Assembly: GCA_963666985.2 (NCBI GenBank)
Contig: CAXXIA010000002.1
Location: 2,400,001-2,464,000 of the forward strand
DNA: 64,000 nucleotides
From: Spirochaetia bacterium
GTDB lineage: Bacteria; Spirochaetota; Spirochaetia; DSM-2461
Direction of reading: 5' to 3'
Positions within the stretch are counted from its first letter, which is position 1. Each line of letters starts with the position of its first letter. The notes beneath the pieces are model-generated. The model did not search any database. It saw nothing but the letters and a program-made list of their open reading frames with translations, and was not told the DNA's origin. Position numbers and translations under genes: made by a program. Positions 1 to 9,203 of the stretch are shown here, piece by piece.

Positions 1-295
1 TCAGCGAGGGAGAGGGGCGGCGCCGCTCGGATAAGCTCTCCAGGCAGTAGTCCGCCAGGGGGCGCAGCTCGTCGGTTTCTTCTTCCACGGCATGGCCCAG
101 AAGAGCCATGATTCGGTAGCGGATAACCGCCCGGTCTTTGTACACGCAGCAGCGGGACGAATCGCCCGAACGCGGCCTGAGTTCCAGGGGAATTCTGTCG
201 ATTTTTTCCATCAGGGTTCCCTCAAAAGCCGCCTGGGCAATCGTTTCAATAAGCCTGGTCCGCAGATATCCGGCTTCGTTGCGTGAGGTCAGCAT
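1..295 (-). CDS. [FeFe]-hydrogenase, HfsD-like (5' part; runs off the window edge)
   Basis: Absent from the ORF track. Manual translation from ATG at 295 (overlapping the stop of 289..561) gives MLTSRNEAGYLRTRLIETIAQAAFEG...IDRIPLELRPRSGDSSRCCVYKDRAVIRYR, open to the edge. The RCCxYKxRA motif and operon position fit monomeric group B hydrogenases. Confidence 0.7.
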   Translation of the reverse strand, partial: MLTSRNEAGYLRTRLIETIAQAAFEGTLMEKIDRIPLELRPRSGDSSRCCVYKDRAVIRYRIMALLGHAVEEETDELRPLADYCLESLSERRRPSPSL

Positions 296-561
296 ACATC
301 ACCCCCAACGGCTTCCATGATCAATTCCACCAGCCGCTCCATGTCGACTCCTCCGTAAATCTCTCCGTCGACGGAAACATAGGGCGGCCGATTTTTTTCA
401 GAGCGTTCGCCGCATCGGTTCATGCATGAGGAGCCTTGCAGAATGATGTATTTGGAGTATCTTTTGGGCAGTTTCTCCTTGACCGTGAGGAGTTCCGATC
501 CTCCCAGAATGTAGCAGGCGGTGCCTGTGCAGACGGTTACGGTGACTGTTCTCATGTTCAT
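289..561 (-). CDS. thioredoxin-like [2Fe-2S] protein (NuoE-like)
   Basis: VCTGTACYILG and GSSCMNRC motifs, PPYVSVDG. Confidence 0.85.
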   Translation of the reverse strand: MNMRTVTVTVCTGTACYILGGSELLTVKEKLPKRYSKYIILQGSSCMNRCGERSEKNRPPYVSVDGEIYGGVDMERLVELIMEAVGGDVC

Positions 562-570
562 ATCCTTATC

Positions 571-1755
571 TCAGACGTACATAACGTCGGTTTTTTTCAA
601 ATACAGGGTTTCAAGGGAACGGCGTATTCTTTCGATAAGGGTGCGCCGGATTCCCAACTCAATCGGCAGTGTCGGATTGTGATGTGCTTCATTGATTCTG
701 GTTCCAACCAGAAACGAGACTTCGTCGCTTTCACGGAGAAGAGCGGCCAAGTGTTCGGCCGCGTTTGTTTCTTCCGGAGAAACCGTTTTGTGGGATTCGA
801 GGATCTCGGCTGTTTTTCCCAATGTGAGCATGCCTTCCGTAACAAGGTCGACTCCTTCCAGGTTTGCCGAAGGAGGAACTTCGTCGGTTCGGTTTTTAAG
901 ATTCACATGCAGGGGACGATTCCATTCCCGGGCGACTATGGAGGCGGTCGTGCCTCCGCAGATAACCTTGCGGCCTTTGAATCCGGCCAGACGGCCGGCA
1001 AGCTGCGTATCCCAATCGCGTTCGAACGGAGGTCCGGTGGCCAAGAGAAGTTTTCGCGGGCGTCGGACATAGGCAACCACGCAGGAAATGTCGTCTCGTG
1101 CCCGGTATCCGTCGTTCGCCATCGCCCGCCGGACCACTCTTAACGCCATATCGCCCGCCGAAATCTCCGGATTTCCGCGGACGAGTTCCTCAAGGAATCG
1201 CTCGAAGCCTTCCATCCTCCAGCCCAGAGGGTGCGCGGCGGTTCCCATCCCCGACTGCACCACGCCGTCGCTGCAGAACACAAGTCTGTCCTCGGGCAGG
1301 AGGGTGCAGGCGGCGGAACGAAGAACTTCGGGCCGGAACGCGTCTTTTCTGTTGAGATGTTCTTTCGTCCGTTCGATTTTTCGAACGGCCCCGTCCCGAA
1401 TCCAGAGAGTCGGCGGATTGTCGTATTCAATGAGATTGACGGTGCCGTCCGTGCGTATGTCCGCCAAGGTAAATGTGGCGTAGCTGATTTTCCTCTCGCG
1501 GCAAACGGGCAGCGTGTTGAGAATCACCTCGGCGCTTTTCTTCACATCGGCGTCCGAAAGAACGAACCTTTGTCCCATACCGGCGGTAAGCGTGGCCAAG
1601 ACATTCGCTTTCACTCCGCTTCCCATACCGTCCGAAAGTGTCGCGACGATGCGTCCGGATGCTGCATGACGTTCCATCAAAAAGACATCGCCGCAGATTC
1701 GCATGCCGTCCTTGGTCATCTGACAGGCATCCATTTCAATAAAGGAGTCATTCAT
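571..1755 (-). CDS. SpoIIE/PP2C-family Ser/Thr phosphatase (HfsC-like)
   Basis: ICGD, LSDGMGSG, FCSDGVVQSG and RDDISC PP2C motifs; directly downstream of the sensory hydrogenase. Confidence 0.9.
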   Translation of the reverse strand: MNDSFIEMDACQMTKDGMRICGDVFLMERHAASGRIVATLSDGMGSGVKANVLATLTAGMGQRFVLSDADVKKSAEVILNTLPVCRERKISYATFTLADIRTDGTVNLIEYDNPPTLWIRDGAVRKIERTKEHLNRKDAFRPEVLRSAACTLLPEDRLVFCSDGVVQSGMGTAAHPLGWRMEGFERFLEELVRGNPEISAGDMALRVVRRAMANDGYRARDDISCVVAYVRRPRKLLLATGPPFERDWDTQLAGRLAGFKGRKVICGGTTASIVAREWNRPLHVNLKNRTDEVPPSANLEGVDLVTEGMLTLGKTAEILESHKTVSPEETNAAEHLAALLRESDEVSFLVGTRINEAHHNPTLPIELGIRRTLIERIRRSLETLYLKKTDVMYV

Positions 1756-3439
1756 TGAAGGCTCCTATGAGGGAATCGAGAATGAGCTGTGTTTCGGCGG
1801 CATTCTCTCCGAGAAGCGAAGCGATCTGCTGAACGCTGGAGAGGTTCTTTTGAATGACTTCTTCCGCTTTTTTGATCACGGTTTCTTTTTTAACCTGCGG
1901 CGAGGTGATGTCCTGAAACACCGCTCCGGCGGAATTCTCGCCATCCACGGGGAATACCGTGGCTCTGTAGATGCGGTTTCGGCTGGCGATATTGCCGGAG
2001 AAAGACGCTATTTCACCGCTGAGAACCCGTCGTATGGAAGAGGTGTCTTCCATGTAATTCGCCAGCGATCGGCCGCGTATTCGGATAAGGACGTCTTTCG
2101 GAGGATCGAAGTCCAGATCGGTGAACAAACGGAGAAAACGTGCGTTGCATTCCCTGATGCACAGATTGCGGTCGGCGATAACCGCACCGAGAGGAAGAGA
2201 CTGCATCAGGGCGTCGCTTTGTTTCTGGGCCCGCCGGCGCATCACCGAGATGCACATGGATTCCTCGGCCATTCCGTTGAGAACGGCCTTCGCGAAATTC
2301 CGGCAGCTTTCGTAACCGCAGCTGCCGCAGTCCGGATCGTCTTCGAGGGAAGGGCGTCCCAGAGAGGTGAGAAAAGCCCTGATGTCGGCTTCATCGGTTT
2401 CTTTCGGCGGCAGAGCCGGAGCCGGGTTCGGCGGCCGGGCGACTAAGGCCGAGATGAGCGGATCGATACCGGAAGATTCCCGAATCCCGGCGGCCGTTTC
2501 CAGTCCCAACCGCCCTTTCAGACGCCTTTCCAAAGGAGAATCGTTCAGTGTCATTCCGGGGCCGTTCTGACATCCTCCGGAACAGGCGAGGAGTTCAAGA
2601 GGCGGTAATTCTTCGAAACTTTCGGCGGACCATCCGTCCAGACTCGCAAGGATGGAATCCAGCCCGGATATGGCGATTCCCTCGGGAATGTCTCCCGTCG
2701 CATTCGATTTTTCCAGAGCCTTCAGAAAACCTCCTTCCAGGAAGAAATCTTCGCAGTTGTGCTCAAAGGGCAGTCTTTCCTCGGCCGGAGAGTTCTCCGG
2801 ATTAGACTCCCGATCCATCCATTCCTTCAGTTCCCGGAACGTGATGGCGAGATCTACCGGAGAGGAGGGATTATCGGCCTCCAGTTTTTTGGCGACGCAG
2901 GGACCGATGAAAACCACCGTTGTTTCTTCGCCGAAGCGCTGTTTTACGGATCCCGCATGGACTTCCAGAGGTGAGGCCGCCGGAGAAAGGAGTTTCAAAA
3001 GAGAAGGACGATACCGAGCGATGTACTCCACGATAACCGGACAGGCTCGGCTGATGCCCCGCGCCATGTTCGGATTCGTTCGGCACGCTTCGGCGATGAG
3101 TCTTGCCCCTGTCGCCGTTTCCTCAACAGCCGTGAAACCGAGTGCGTATAACCGTCCGATAAGCTTCGGATCATCCGGGAATTCGGCAACCCATGACGGC
3201 GCCAGAGAGGCGACGACCGGTCCTCCCAAACGAATTGTCTGACGAACTCGGGCGATATCCGAGCGGATCTTTTTCGCTTCGGCCGGGCATTCATTGAGGC
3301 ATCGGCCGCAGTTCAGGCAGAGTTCCTTTTGAACTTCCGCCTTGCCGTCGATAATCCTGATGGCCTTAACAGGACAATGGCGCAGGCATCTGTAACAGTC
3401 CTGACAGGCCGTAGTTTCCGTATAAACCGGACCAATCAT
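1748..3439 (-). CDS. PAS-fused sensory [FeFe]-hydrogenase (HydS/HfsB-like, group C)
   Basis: N-terminal 2x[4Fe-4S] (CQDCYRCLRHCP, CLNCGRCLNECP); H-cluster motifs SRACP, GPCVAKKLE, ELLACSGGCQNG; CGSCGYESC FeS domain; C-terminal PAS. Confidence 0.92.
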   Translation of the reverse strand: MIGPVYTETTACQDCYRCLRHCPVKAIRIIDGKAEVQKELCLNCGRCLNECPAEAKKIRSDIARVRQTIRLGGPVVASLAPSWVAEFPDDPKLIGRLYALGFTAVEETATGARLIAEACRTNPNMARGISRACPVIVEYIARYRPSLLKLLSPAASPLEVHAGSVKQRFGEETTVVFIGPCVAKKLEADNPSSPVDLAITFRELKEWMDRESNPENSPAEERLPFEHNCEDFFLEGGFLKALEKSNATGDIPEGIAISGLDSILASLDGWSAESFEELPPLELLACSGGCQNGPGMTLNDSPLERRLKGRLGLETAAGIRESSGIDPLISALVARPPNPAPALPPKETDEADIRAFLTSLGRPSLEDDPDCGSCGYESCRNFAKAVLNGMAEESMCISVMRRRAQKQSDALMQSLPLGAVIADRNLCIRECNARFLRLFTDLDFDPPKDVLIRIRGRSLANYMEDTSSIRRVLSGEIASFSGNIASRNRIYRATVFPVDGENSAGAVFQDITSPQVKKETVIKKAEEVIQKNLSSVQQIASLLGENAAETQLILDSLIGAFNE

Positions 3440-3441
3440 GA

Positions 3442-3684
3442 TTAGGCCTCCTCAAGATATCGGTTGACGACTTCGATGACTCCTTCCGGAGCGACGAGAT
3501 CATGAGAATCGCCATTGATGAGAATGTGGGGACCGCAGGAGCAGCGATTCATGCAGAGTCTGCCTGTTAAGGTGATTTCTTTTTCAAAACACCCCTCTTT
3601 AATGAGGTTCTCCAGGATTTCCAGCGTTTCCCGGTTGCCTCTGGCAAAGCAGGAACTTCCCATGCAGATTTCAATGTTGATCAT
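3442..3684 (-). CDS. thioredoxin-like [2Fe-2S] protein (HfsA-like)
   Basis: ICMGSSCFARGN and GRLCMNRCSCGP motifs; start moved to ATG 3684, which has a GGAGAG RBS. Confidence 0.88.
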   Translation of the reverse strand: MINIEICMGSSCFARGNRETLEILENLIKEGCFEKEITLTGRLCMNRCSCGPHILINGDSHDLVAPEGVIEVVNRYLEEA

Positions 3685-3728
3685 GCCGGCTCTCCTTCTT
3701 GATAACCGAATAATAAGATAATTAAATA

Positions 3729-3796
3729 TCGATAAAAATATATTGACATAAGAACGGATTTTAATCAAGATATTATTATCGATATAAAAATATCGA
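3729..3796. promoter_or_regulatory. two 7-4-7 inverted repeats (Rex-like geometry) in the hfs/adhE divergent promoter
   Basis: Perfect TCGATAT-AAAA-ATATCGA at 3779-3796; degenerate TCGATAA-AAAT-ATATTGA at 3729-3746 overlapping TTGACA (3743-3748). Confidence 0.5.
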
Positions 3797-3852
3797 ATAA
3801 ATCGGAACGAAGCGGTGGAGAATCACCGTGGAAACGGACAAGGAGTTGCCTT

Positions 3853-6489
3853 ATGGCGGAGAGGAAAGAAACGAATAGCATGGTTGAAGAACGGAAGGCC
3901 GACGGAAAGGTTCTTCTTGATGATACGATCCGCAAGGCCGTAGAAGCTCAGGAAGCTTATTCCCGGTTTTCACAATCCCGGGTGGATGAGATTTTCAGGG
4001 CCGCGGCGACGGCGGCCAATGAAGCAAGGATTTCTCTGGCCAAACTCGCCCGGAGTGAAACCGGCATGGGTATTGTGGAAGATAAGGTGGTGAAGAACCA
4101 TTTCGCGTCCGAGACAATCTATAACAAATACAGGGATTTGAAGACTTGCGGTGTTGTCGAAGAGGACGAATCACTGGGTATCCGGAAAATCGCCGAACCT
4201 CTGGGTGTTCTGGCCGGCATTATTCCGACGACGAATCCCACCTCTACGGCGATTTTTAAAACCTTGATTGCCCTGAAAACACGAAACGGTATAATCCTTT
4301 CACCTCATCCCAGGGCCCGGCTATCCACCATAGAAGCGGCCGGAACGGTTTTGGATGCGGCCGTAAAGGCGGGCGCGCCCGAGGGTCTTATCGGATGGAT
4401 CGATACACCCACCGTGGAACTTTCGGCCTACCTGATGTCTCATCCTTCCATCAGCGCCATTTTGGCCACGGGCGGGCCGGGTATGGTGAAAGCCGCCTAT
4501 TCAAGCGGAAAACCGGCATTGGGCGTCGGCGCCGGAAACACGCCGGCCATTATCGATGAAAAGGCCGACATTGAAATGGCCGTCAGCAGCATTCTTTTAA
4601 GCAAGACGTTCGACAACGGAATGATCTGCGCTTCCGAGCAGTCGGTTGTTGCCGTCAATGCTGTTTATGCGGCGCTCAAGAGCGAATTCATTCGCCGCGG
4701 CGCTTATGTTTTATCGGCTTCCGAGAAGGAGAAAATCGCCGCCGTCATTATTAAGGACGGACGGGTTAATCCGGATATCGTGGGCCAAAGCGCCGCGACA
4801 ATCGCTTCCATGGCCGGTTTCAGTGTTCCGGGAAAAACGAAGGTTCTTCTCGGCGAGGTTCGGAAGGTTGGTGAAGATGAGCCTTTTTCATGGGAAAAAC
4901 TTTCCCCCCTCCTCGCTCTTTATAAAGAGCGGGATTTCACGGCCGCTTTGCAAAGAGCTCGGGAATTGGTGGAATTCGGCGGTCCGGGCCATACGAGCGT
5001 GCTCTACACCGATCCTTCCGACATCGAGCGGATTACGATTTTCGGCGAGACGATGAAATCCGGCCGAACCTTAATCAACATGCCTGCAAGTCAGGGCGCC
5101 ATAGGCGATTTGTACAATTTCTCATTGGCTCCGTCCCTGACTCTCGGCTGCGGCAGCTGGGGAGGCAATTCGGTCAGTCAGAATGTCGGTCCGGAGCATC
5201 TTCTCAACTATAAAACGGTTGCGTTTCGCAAGGAAAACACTCTCTGGTTCAAGCTTCCCGAAAAAGTTTATTTCAAGAGCGGCTCCACCGGTGAGGCCCT
5301 TAAGGATTTGGCCGGTAAGAAACGGGCTTTTCTTGTTACCGACCGGTTCCTTCATACCAACGGATACGCATCGGGTGTTATCGGGCATCTGGAATCGCTG
5401 GGCATACGTACGGAGGTTTTCTCGGATGTGGAGCCCGATCCCACTCTTGAAACCGCCTACGCCGGGGTGAAGCATATGGATGCCTTCAAACCCGACGTTA
5501 TCGTGGCCTTCGGCGGAGGATCCCCCATGGATGCCGCCAAGATTATGTGGCTGCTTTATGAACACCCGGAAGCCGATTTTAAGGATATGGCCATGCGGTT
5601 CATGGATATCCGCAAGAGGGTTTACCGTTTTCCCAAGCTGGGACGCAAGGCCGAGTTCGTTGCCATACCGACAACATCGGGAACCGGCTCGGAGGTAACT
5701 CCGTTTGCCGTGATTACCGATGGTAAGACCGGAGGGAAGTATCCCATCGCCGATTATGAGCTTACACCGGATATGGCTATCGTGGACGCGGATTTGGTGA
5801 AGGACATGCCCAAAGGTCTGACCGCGTTCTCCGGTATCGACGCCCTTACACATGCTCTGGAGGTGGTGGTGAGTGTTTTGGCCACCGAATACACCACACC
5901 GATGGCCCTTGAAGCCGCCAGGCTTCTCTTCGAATATCTGCCGCGTTCATACAAGAACGGCGGTGCCGATTCCGAGGCCCGGGAAAAGGTGCATCATGCC
6001 GCGAACATGGCGGGCATGGCCTTCGCCAATGCGTTTCTCGGTGTCTGCCATTCCATGGCTCATAAATTGGGAGCCAGACACGGACTGCCTCACGGTCTTG
6101 CGAACGCTCTTTTGATTGAAGAGGTGATACGGTTCAACGCCGAGACGGCTCCGACCAAGCAGGGAATGTTTCCTCAGTACAAAAAACCCGAATCTCTTGA
6201 ACGATACGCCCGAGCGGCAAGGTACATCGGATTACAAGGGAACAATGACGAGGAGCTTCTGGAGCGTTTGATCGATGCGGTCGCCGCGCTGAAAAAAGAA
6301 GTGGGCATCCCTGAGGATATTGAAAGCGCCGGCGTATCCGAACAGGCGTTTTTTGAAACCTTGGACCTGATGAGCGAGGATGCTTTTGACGATCAATGCA
6401 CGGGAGCCAATCCCCGTTACCCGCTTATTACCGAGATTCAAAAGATGTATACGCAGGCGTTCAGGAAAAAGGAGAAACGAAACAAATAG
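3853..6489 (+). CDS. adhE: bifunctional acetaldehyde-CoA/alcohol dehydrogenase
   Basis: PTTNPTST, ATGGPGMV, FDNGMICASEQ, linker GCGSWGGNS, GGGSPMDAAK, TTSGTGSE, HSMAH...HG; AGGAG RBS. Confidence 0.98.
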   Translation: MAERKETNSMVEERKADGKVLLDDTIRKAVEAQEAYSRFSQSRVDEIFRAAATAANEARISLAKLARSETGMGIVEDKVVKNHFASETIYNKYRDLKTCGVVEEDESLGIRKIAEPLGVLAGIIPTTNPTSTAIFKTLIALKTRNGIILSPHPRARLSTIEAAGTVLDAAVKAGAPEGLIGWIDTPTVELSAYLMSHPSISAILATGGPGMVKAAYSSGKPALGVGAGNTPAIIDEKADIEMAVSSILLSKTFDNGMICASEQSVVAVNAVYAALKSEFIRRGAYVLSASEKEKIAAVIIKDGRVNPDIVGQSAATIASMAGFSVPGKTKVLLGEVRKVGEDEPFSWEKLSPLLALYKERDFTAALQRARELVEFGGPGHTSVLYTDPSDIERITIFGETMKSGRTLINMPASQGAIGDLYNFSLAPSLTLGCGSWGGNSVSQNVGPEHLLNYKTVAFRKENTLWFKLPEKVYFKSGSTGEALKDLAGKKRAFLVTDRFLHTNGYASGVIGHLESLGIRTEVFSDVEPDPTLETAYAGVKHMDAFKPDVIVAFGGGSPMDAAKIMWLLYEHPEADFKDMAMRFMDIRKRVYRFPKLGRKAEFVAIPTTSGTGSEVTPFAVITDGKTGGKYPIADYELTPDMAIVDADLVKDMPKGLTAFSGIDALTHALEVVVSVLATEYTTPMALEAARLLFEYLPRSYKNGGADSEAREKVHHAANMAGMAFANAFLGVCHSMAHKLGARHGLPHGLANALLIEEVIRFNAETAPTKQGMFPQYKKPESLERYARAARYIGLQGNNDEELLERLIDAVAALKKEVGIPEDIESAGVSEQAFFETLDLMSEDAFDDQCTGANPRYPLITEIQKMYTQAFRKKEKRNK

Positions 6490-6509
6490 GCCGCGTTTCC
6501 GCAAAGGCC

Positions 6510-6540
6510 TCCCGCCGTCCGCTTCCGCGCGGCGGCGGGA
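6510..6540 (+). terminator. GC-rich hairpin after adhE
   Basis: TCCCGCCG...CGGCGGGA stem with a weak U tail. Confidence 0.4.
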
Positions 6541-6673
6541 TGTTCCCCGGCACCGATAACCGAACCGTCCCTGATTCGCGAAAAAGCCGTTCCCGATATT
6601 CTCATCATCGGTTCACGGACGGTTCATGGAATTCCGGGAAAATCCTTCTGAAGACTTATGAAGAAGGTAGAAA

Positions 6674-7183
6674 ATGAAATTCTCAAAAATCATTCCATTT
6701 ATGGCCGCCGCGCTTATTGCGGTGCTGTTCGCCTGCAGTACGGACAATCCGAATTCCATGGGAGCCGGTAAACCCCCTTCCGGCGGCCCGGGCATGAGCG
6801 GCCCCGGCGCCGCCGCGGGGCCATCGAACGGATCCTCTCCCGGCGGTCCGGAAGGCCCGAACGAAATGCCTCCTGAAATACGGATTCCCGATGAAGCGGA
6901 AGACTATGAAGGAACCTTTGTTCTGCTCGGCGGTATGACGCCGACGCTGACCCTTGAGGACGGAGCGGTTTATTATCTGATTTTCCGTTTCCCGATATCC
7001 AATGACGGAATGCCCGAAGACGGAACCGTTCTGCACGTAAAGGCCGTTCCCGAAACGGATCATCCCGATCGTCTTGAAGTGTATTCGGCCGATATCGACG
7101 GTGTTCCTCTTCGGCCGGAAATGCCGGAAAGAAGCGGCCCTCCGGGGGGCGGCGGTTCCGCTCCCCCTCGGCCGAAGGGCTGA
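6674..7183 (+). CDS. hypothetical lipoprotein, Pro/Gly-rich ends
   Basis: MKFSKII leader, hydrophobic stretch, LFAC lipobox; AAGG RBS. Confidence 0.7.
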   Translation: MKFSKIIPFMAAALIAVLFACSTDNPNSMGAGKPPSGGPGMSGPGAAAGPSNGSSPGGPEGPNEMPPEIRIPDEAEDYEGTFVLLGGMTPTLTLEDGAVYYLIFRFPISNDGMPEDGTVLHVKAVPETDHPDRLEVYSADIDGVPLRPEMPERSGPPGGGGSAPPRPKG

Positions 7184-7356
7184 GACGACGCCGTTACTCC
7201 GCCGCCTTTTGCGGGTGGCCGGAGTACCGAAGGGCGGACGATTCAATATGCCGCCTTCCACAGGCGGCCGGAGAATGAAAAATCACGGTTCTCCGGCGAT
7301 AAATCCCGTTCCGCTTCCGCCCGTTTTCTTTAGGATTCGCCCGCTTTTGAAAAGCA

Positions 7357-8658
7357 TCAAAACATCTGCGGCAGCAGGAGCTGGGGCAGCCACAGCGCGA
7401 TTCCCGGAAAAATCACGATCAGACTTAACACAATAATCATCACAAAGAGGAACGCACCGACATCCTTTAGGGCTTCGGCGCTGTTGATTCCGGCGATATC
7501 GCTGGCGATCAGCAGGCAAAGACCGTACGGAGGCGTTATCAAACCGAAACTTAAGGAGATAACTCCCACGATGGCGAAGTGCAGGGGATGAATCCCGGCC
7601 GACTCGGCCAGGGGATAAAGAAGCGGTCCCATGATAACGATTGCCGGAATGGTATCCATGAATGTTCCGACAAGAAGAAAGAGAATAACGATGATGAACA
7701 GAAGCAGCGTCGGAGACCCCAGAGCGAAGTTCAGTGTCGAAACAAGAAAACCGGGGATTCTGAGATAGGCGAGAACCCAGCCGTAGATGGAGGACGTTCC
7801 CACCGCGAAGAGGGAAATCGAGGCGAGTTTTGCCGTATTGAGCAGATGATCCGGAATCTCTTTAAGTTTCAGGGAATGGTAAATCACAAGCCCCAGGAGC
7901 AGGGAATAGACGACGGTTACCAGCGAGGCTTCCGTCGGAGTTACGATGCCCCCGACAATGCCTCCGATGATAATAAGCGGTGTAAACATCGCCAGAACGG
8001 ACTCCTTGCCGCTTCTTCCGATTCCTTTAAAGTCGATTTTCGCCTCAATGGGATAGCCGCGGCGCTTCGCGTAGAAGATTACCAGGAGCATCTGGGAGAG
8101 CCCGATCATTACTCCGGGGATGAGACCGGCGAGAAAAAGAGCCGCGACGGATGTGTTGAGAATCCCTCCCCAGATAATCATGTTGATGCTCGGCGGAATA
8201 ATAACGCCCATCACGCTGGAACAGGCCGTAACCGCGACGGTGAAGCTTTTATCGTATTTTTCCTTAATCATCGCGGGAATCAGAATGGAGCCGATTCCCG
8301 CGGCATCCGCCGTTGAAGAACCGGAGATTCCGGCGAAGAGCATGCTGACGATCACATTGACATGGGCCAATCCGCCGGGAAGCATGCCGACAATCGATTT
8401 CGCGAACCGAATCAGACGATTCGTAATCCCCGCGGCGTTCATGATATTGGCCGCCAGCAGGAAGAATGGTACGGACAAGAGAATAAACGATCCGTAGGAG
8501 GTCATCATCCGCTGCAGCATCATGATGGGCGGAATCCGGCTTTCCAGGAACAGTATGGGCAGAACGGCCAATGCGAGGGAAAAGGATACCGGAACCCGCA
8601 GGATGATAAAGATGACCAAAAGGCCGAACATGATGGAGAAAGCAAGACCGGCGCTCAT
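7357..8658 (-). CDS. dctM: TRAP transporter large permease
   Basis: FAGISGSSTAD, IIPPSI, TPTEA, GLITPPYG motifs; multi-TM. Confidence 0.95.
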   Translation of the reverse strand: MSAGLAFSIMFGLLVIFIILRVPVSFSLALAVLPILFLESRIPPIMMLQRMMTSYGSFILLSVPFFLLAANIMNAAGITNRLIRFAKSIVGMLPGGLAHVNVIVSMLFAGISGSSTADAAGIGSILIPAMIKEKYDKSFTVAVTACSSVMGVIIPPSINMIIWGGILNTSVAALFLAGLIPGVMIGLSQMLLVIFYAKRRGYPIEAKIDFKGIGRSGKESVLAMFTPLIIIGGIVGGIVTPTEASLVTVVYSLLLGLVIYHSLKLKEIPDHLLNTAKLASISLFAVGTSSIYGWVLAYLRIPGFLVSTLNFALGSPTLLLFIIVILFLLVGTFMDTIPAIVIMGPLLYPLAESAGIHPLHFAIVGVISLSFGLITPPYGLCLLIASDIAGINSAEALKDVGAFLFVMIIVLSLIVIFPGIALWLPQLLLPQMF

Positions 8659-9134
8659 GAATGTCTCCTTTCTCGGATTTCTTGAATGAGGTTGGAGGTG
8701 AGGAACAGCAGCCAGGAGACTCCCGCGACCGGAACGGAGAGATACACAACTCCGAGATTCAGTCCCGTTGCCTGGGATTCCTGGACATAACCCATAAGGA
8801 AGAAACGGTATCCGTAATAAATAAAAACACCGGTAATGATGAACATCAGAGTGTAATAGAGAACCCTTGATGTCATTTCGATGCCCCGTCCGACGTTCTT
8901 GGGAAGAAAATCGACGAAGAAATGACGTGATTCTTTAACTCCGATCGCGGCGCCGAGGAAGATAACCCAAATGAGCGTGATGTTCACCACTTCAACGGTC
9001 CAGATGTACCGGGGGATAAAGGGAACGTATCGTCCGAGTATCTGGAGCGTTACGGCGATGAGCAGTCCCGTCATCAGAATCATAATCAGGATTTCCAGAA
9101 TCCTTTTATAAATGCGAATAAACGTCTCGAACAC
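8655..9134 (-). CDS. dctQ: TRAP transporter small permease
   Basis: 4 TM segments, W.IFLGAA....HF.VDF pattern, located between dctP and dctM. Confidence 0.92.
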   Translation of the reverse strand: MFETFIRIYKRILEILIMILMTGLLIAVTLQILGRYVPFIPRYIWTVEVVNITLIWVIFLGAAIGVKESRHFFVDFLPKNVGRGIEMTSRVLYYTLMFIITGVFIYYGYRFFLMGYVQESQATGLNLGVVYLSVPVAGVSWLLFLTSNLIQEIRERRHS

Positions 9135-9164
9135 GGATACCTCCCTCTTGCCGACGTTTCATCA

Positions 9165-9196
9165 CGAAGCCGCGAACAGCATTGTTCGCGGCTTCG
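9165..9196 (-). terminator. perfect 14-bp hairpin after dctP (attenuator or mRNA stabiliser)
   Basis: CGAAGCCGCGAACA-GCAT-TGTTCGCGGCTTCG. Confidence 0.6.
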
Positions 9197-9203
9197 ATAT
9201 TCC

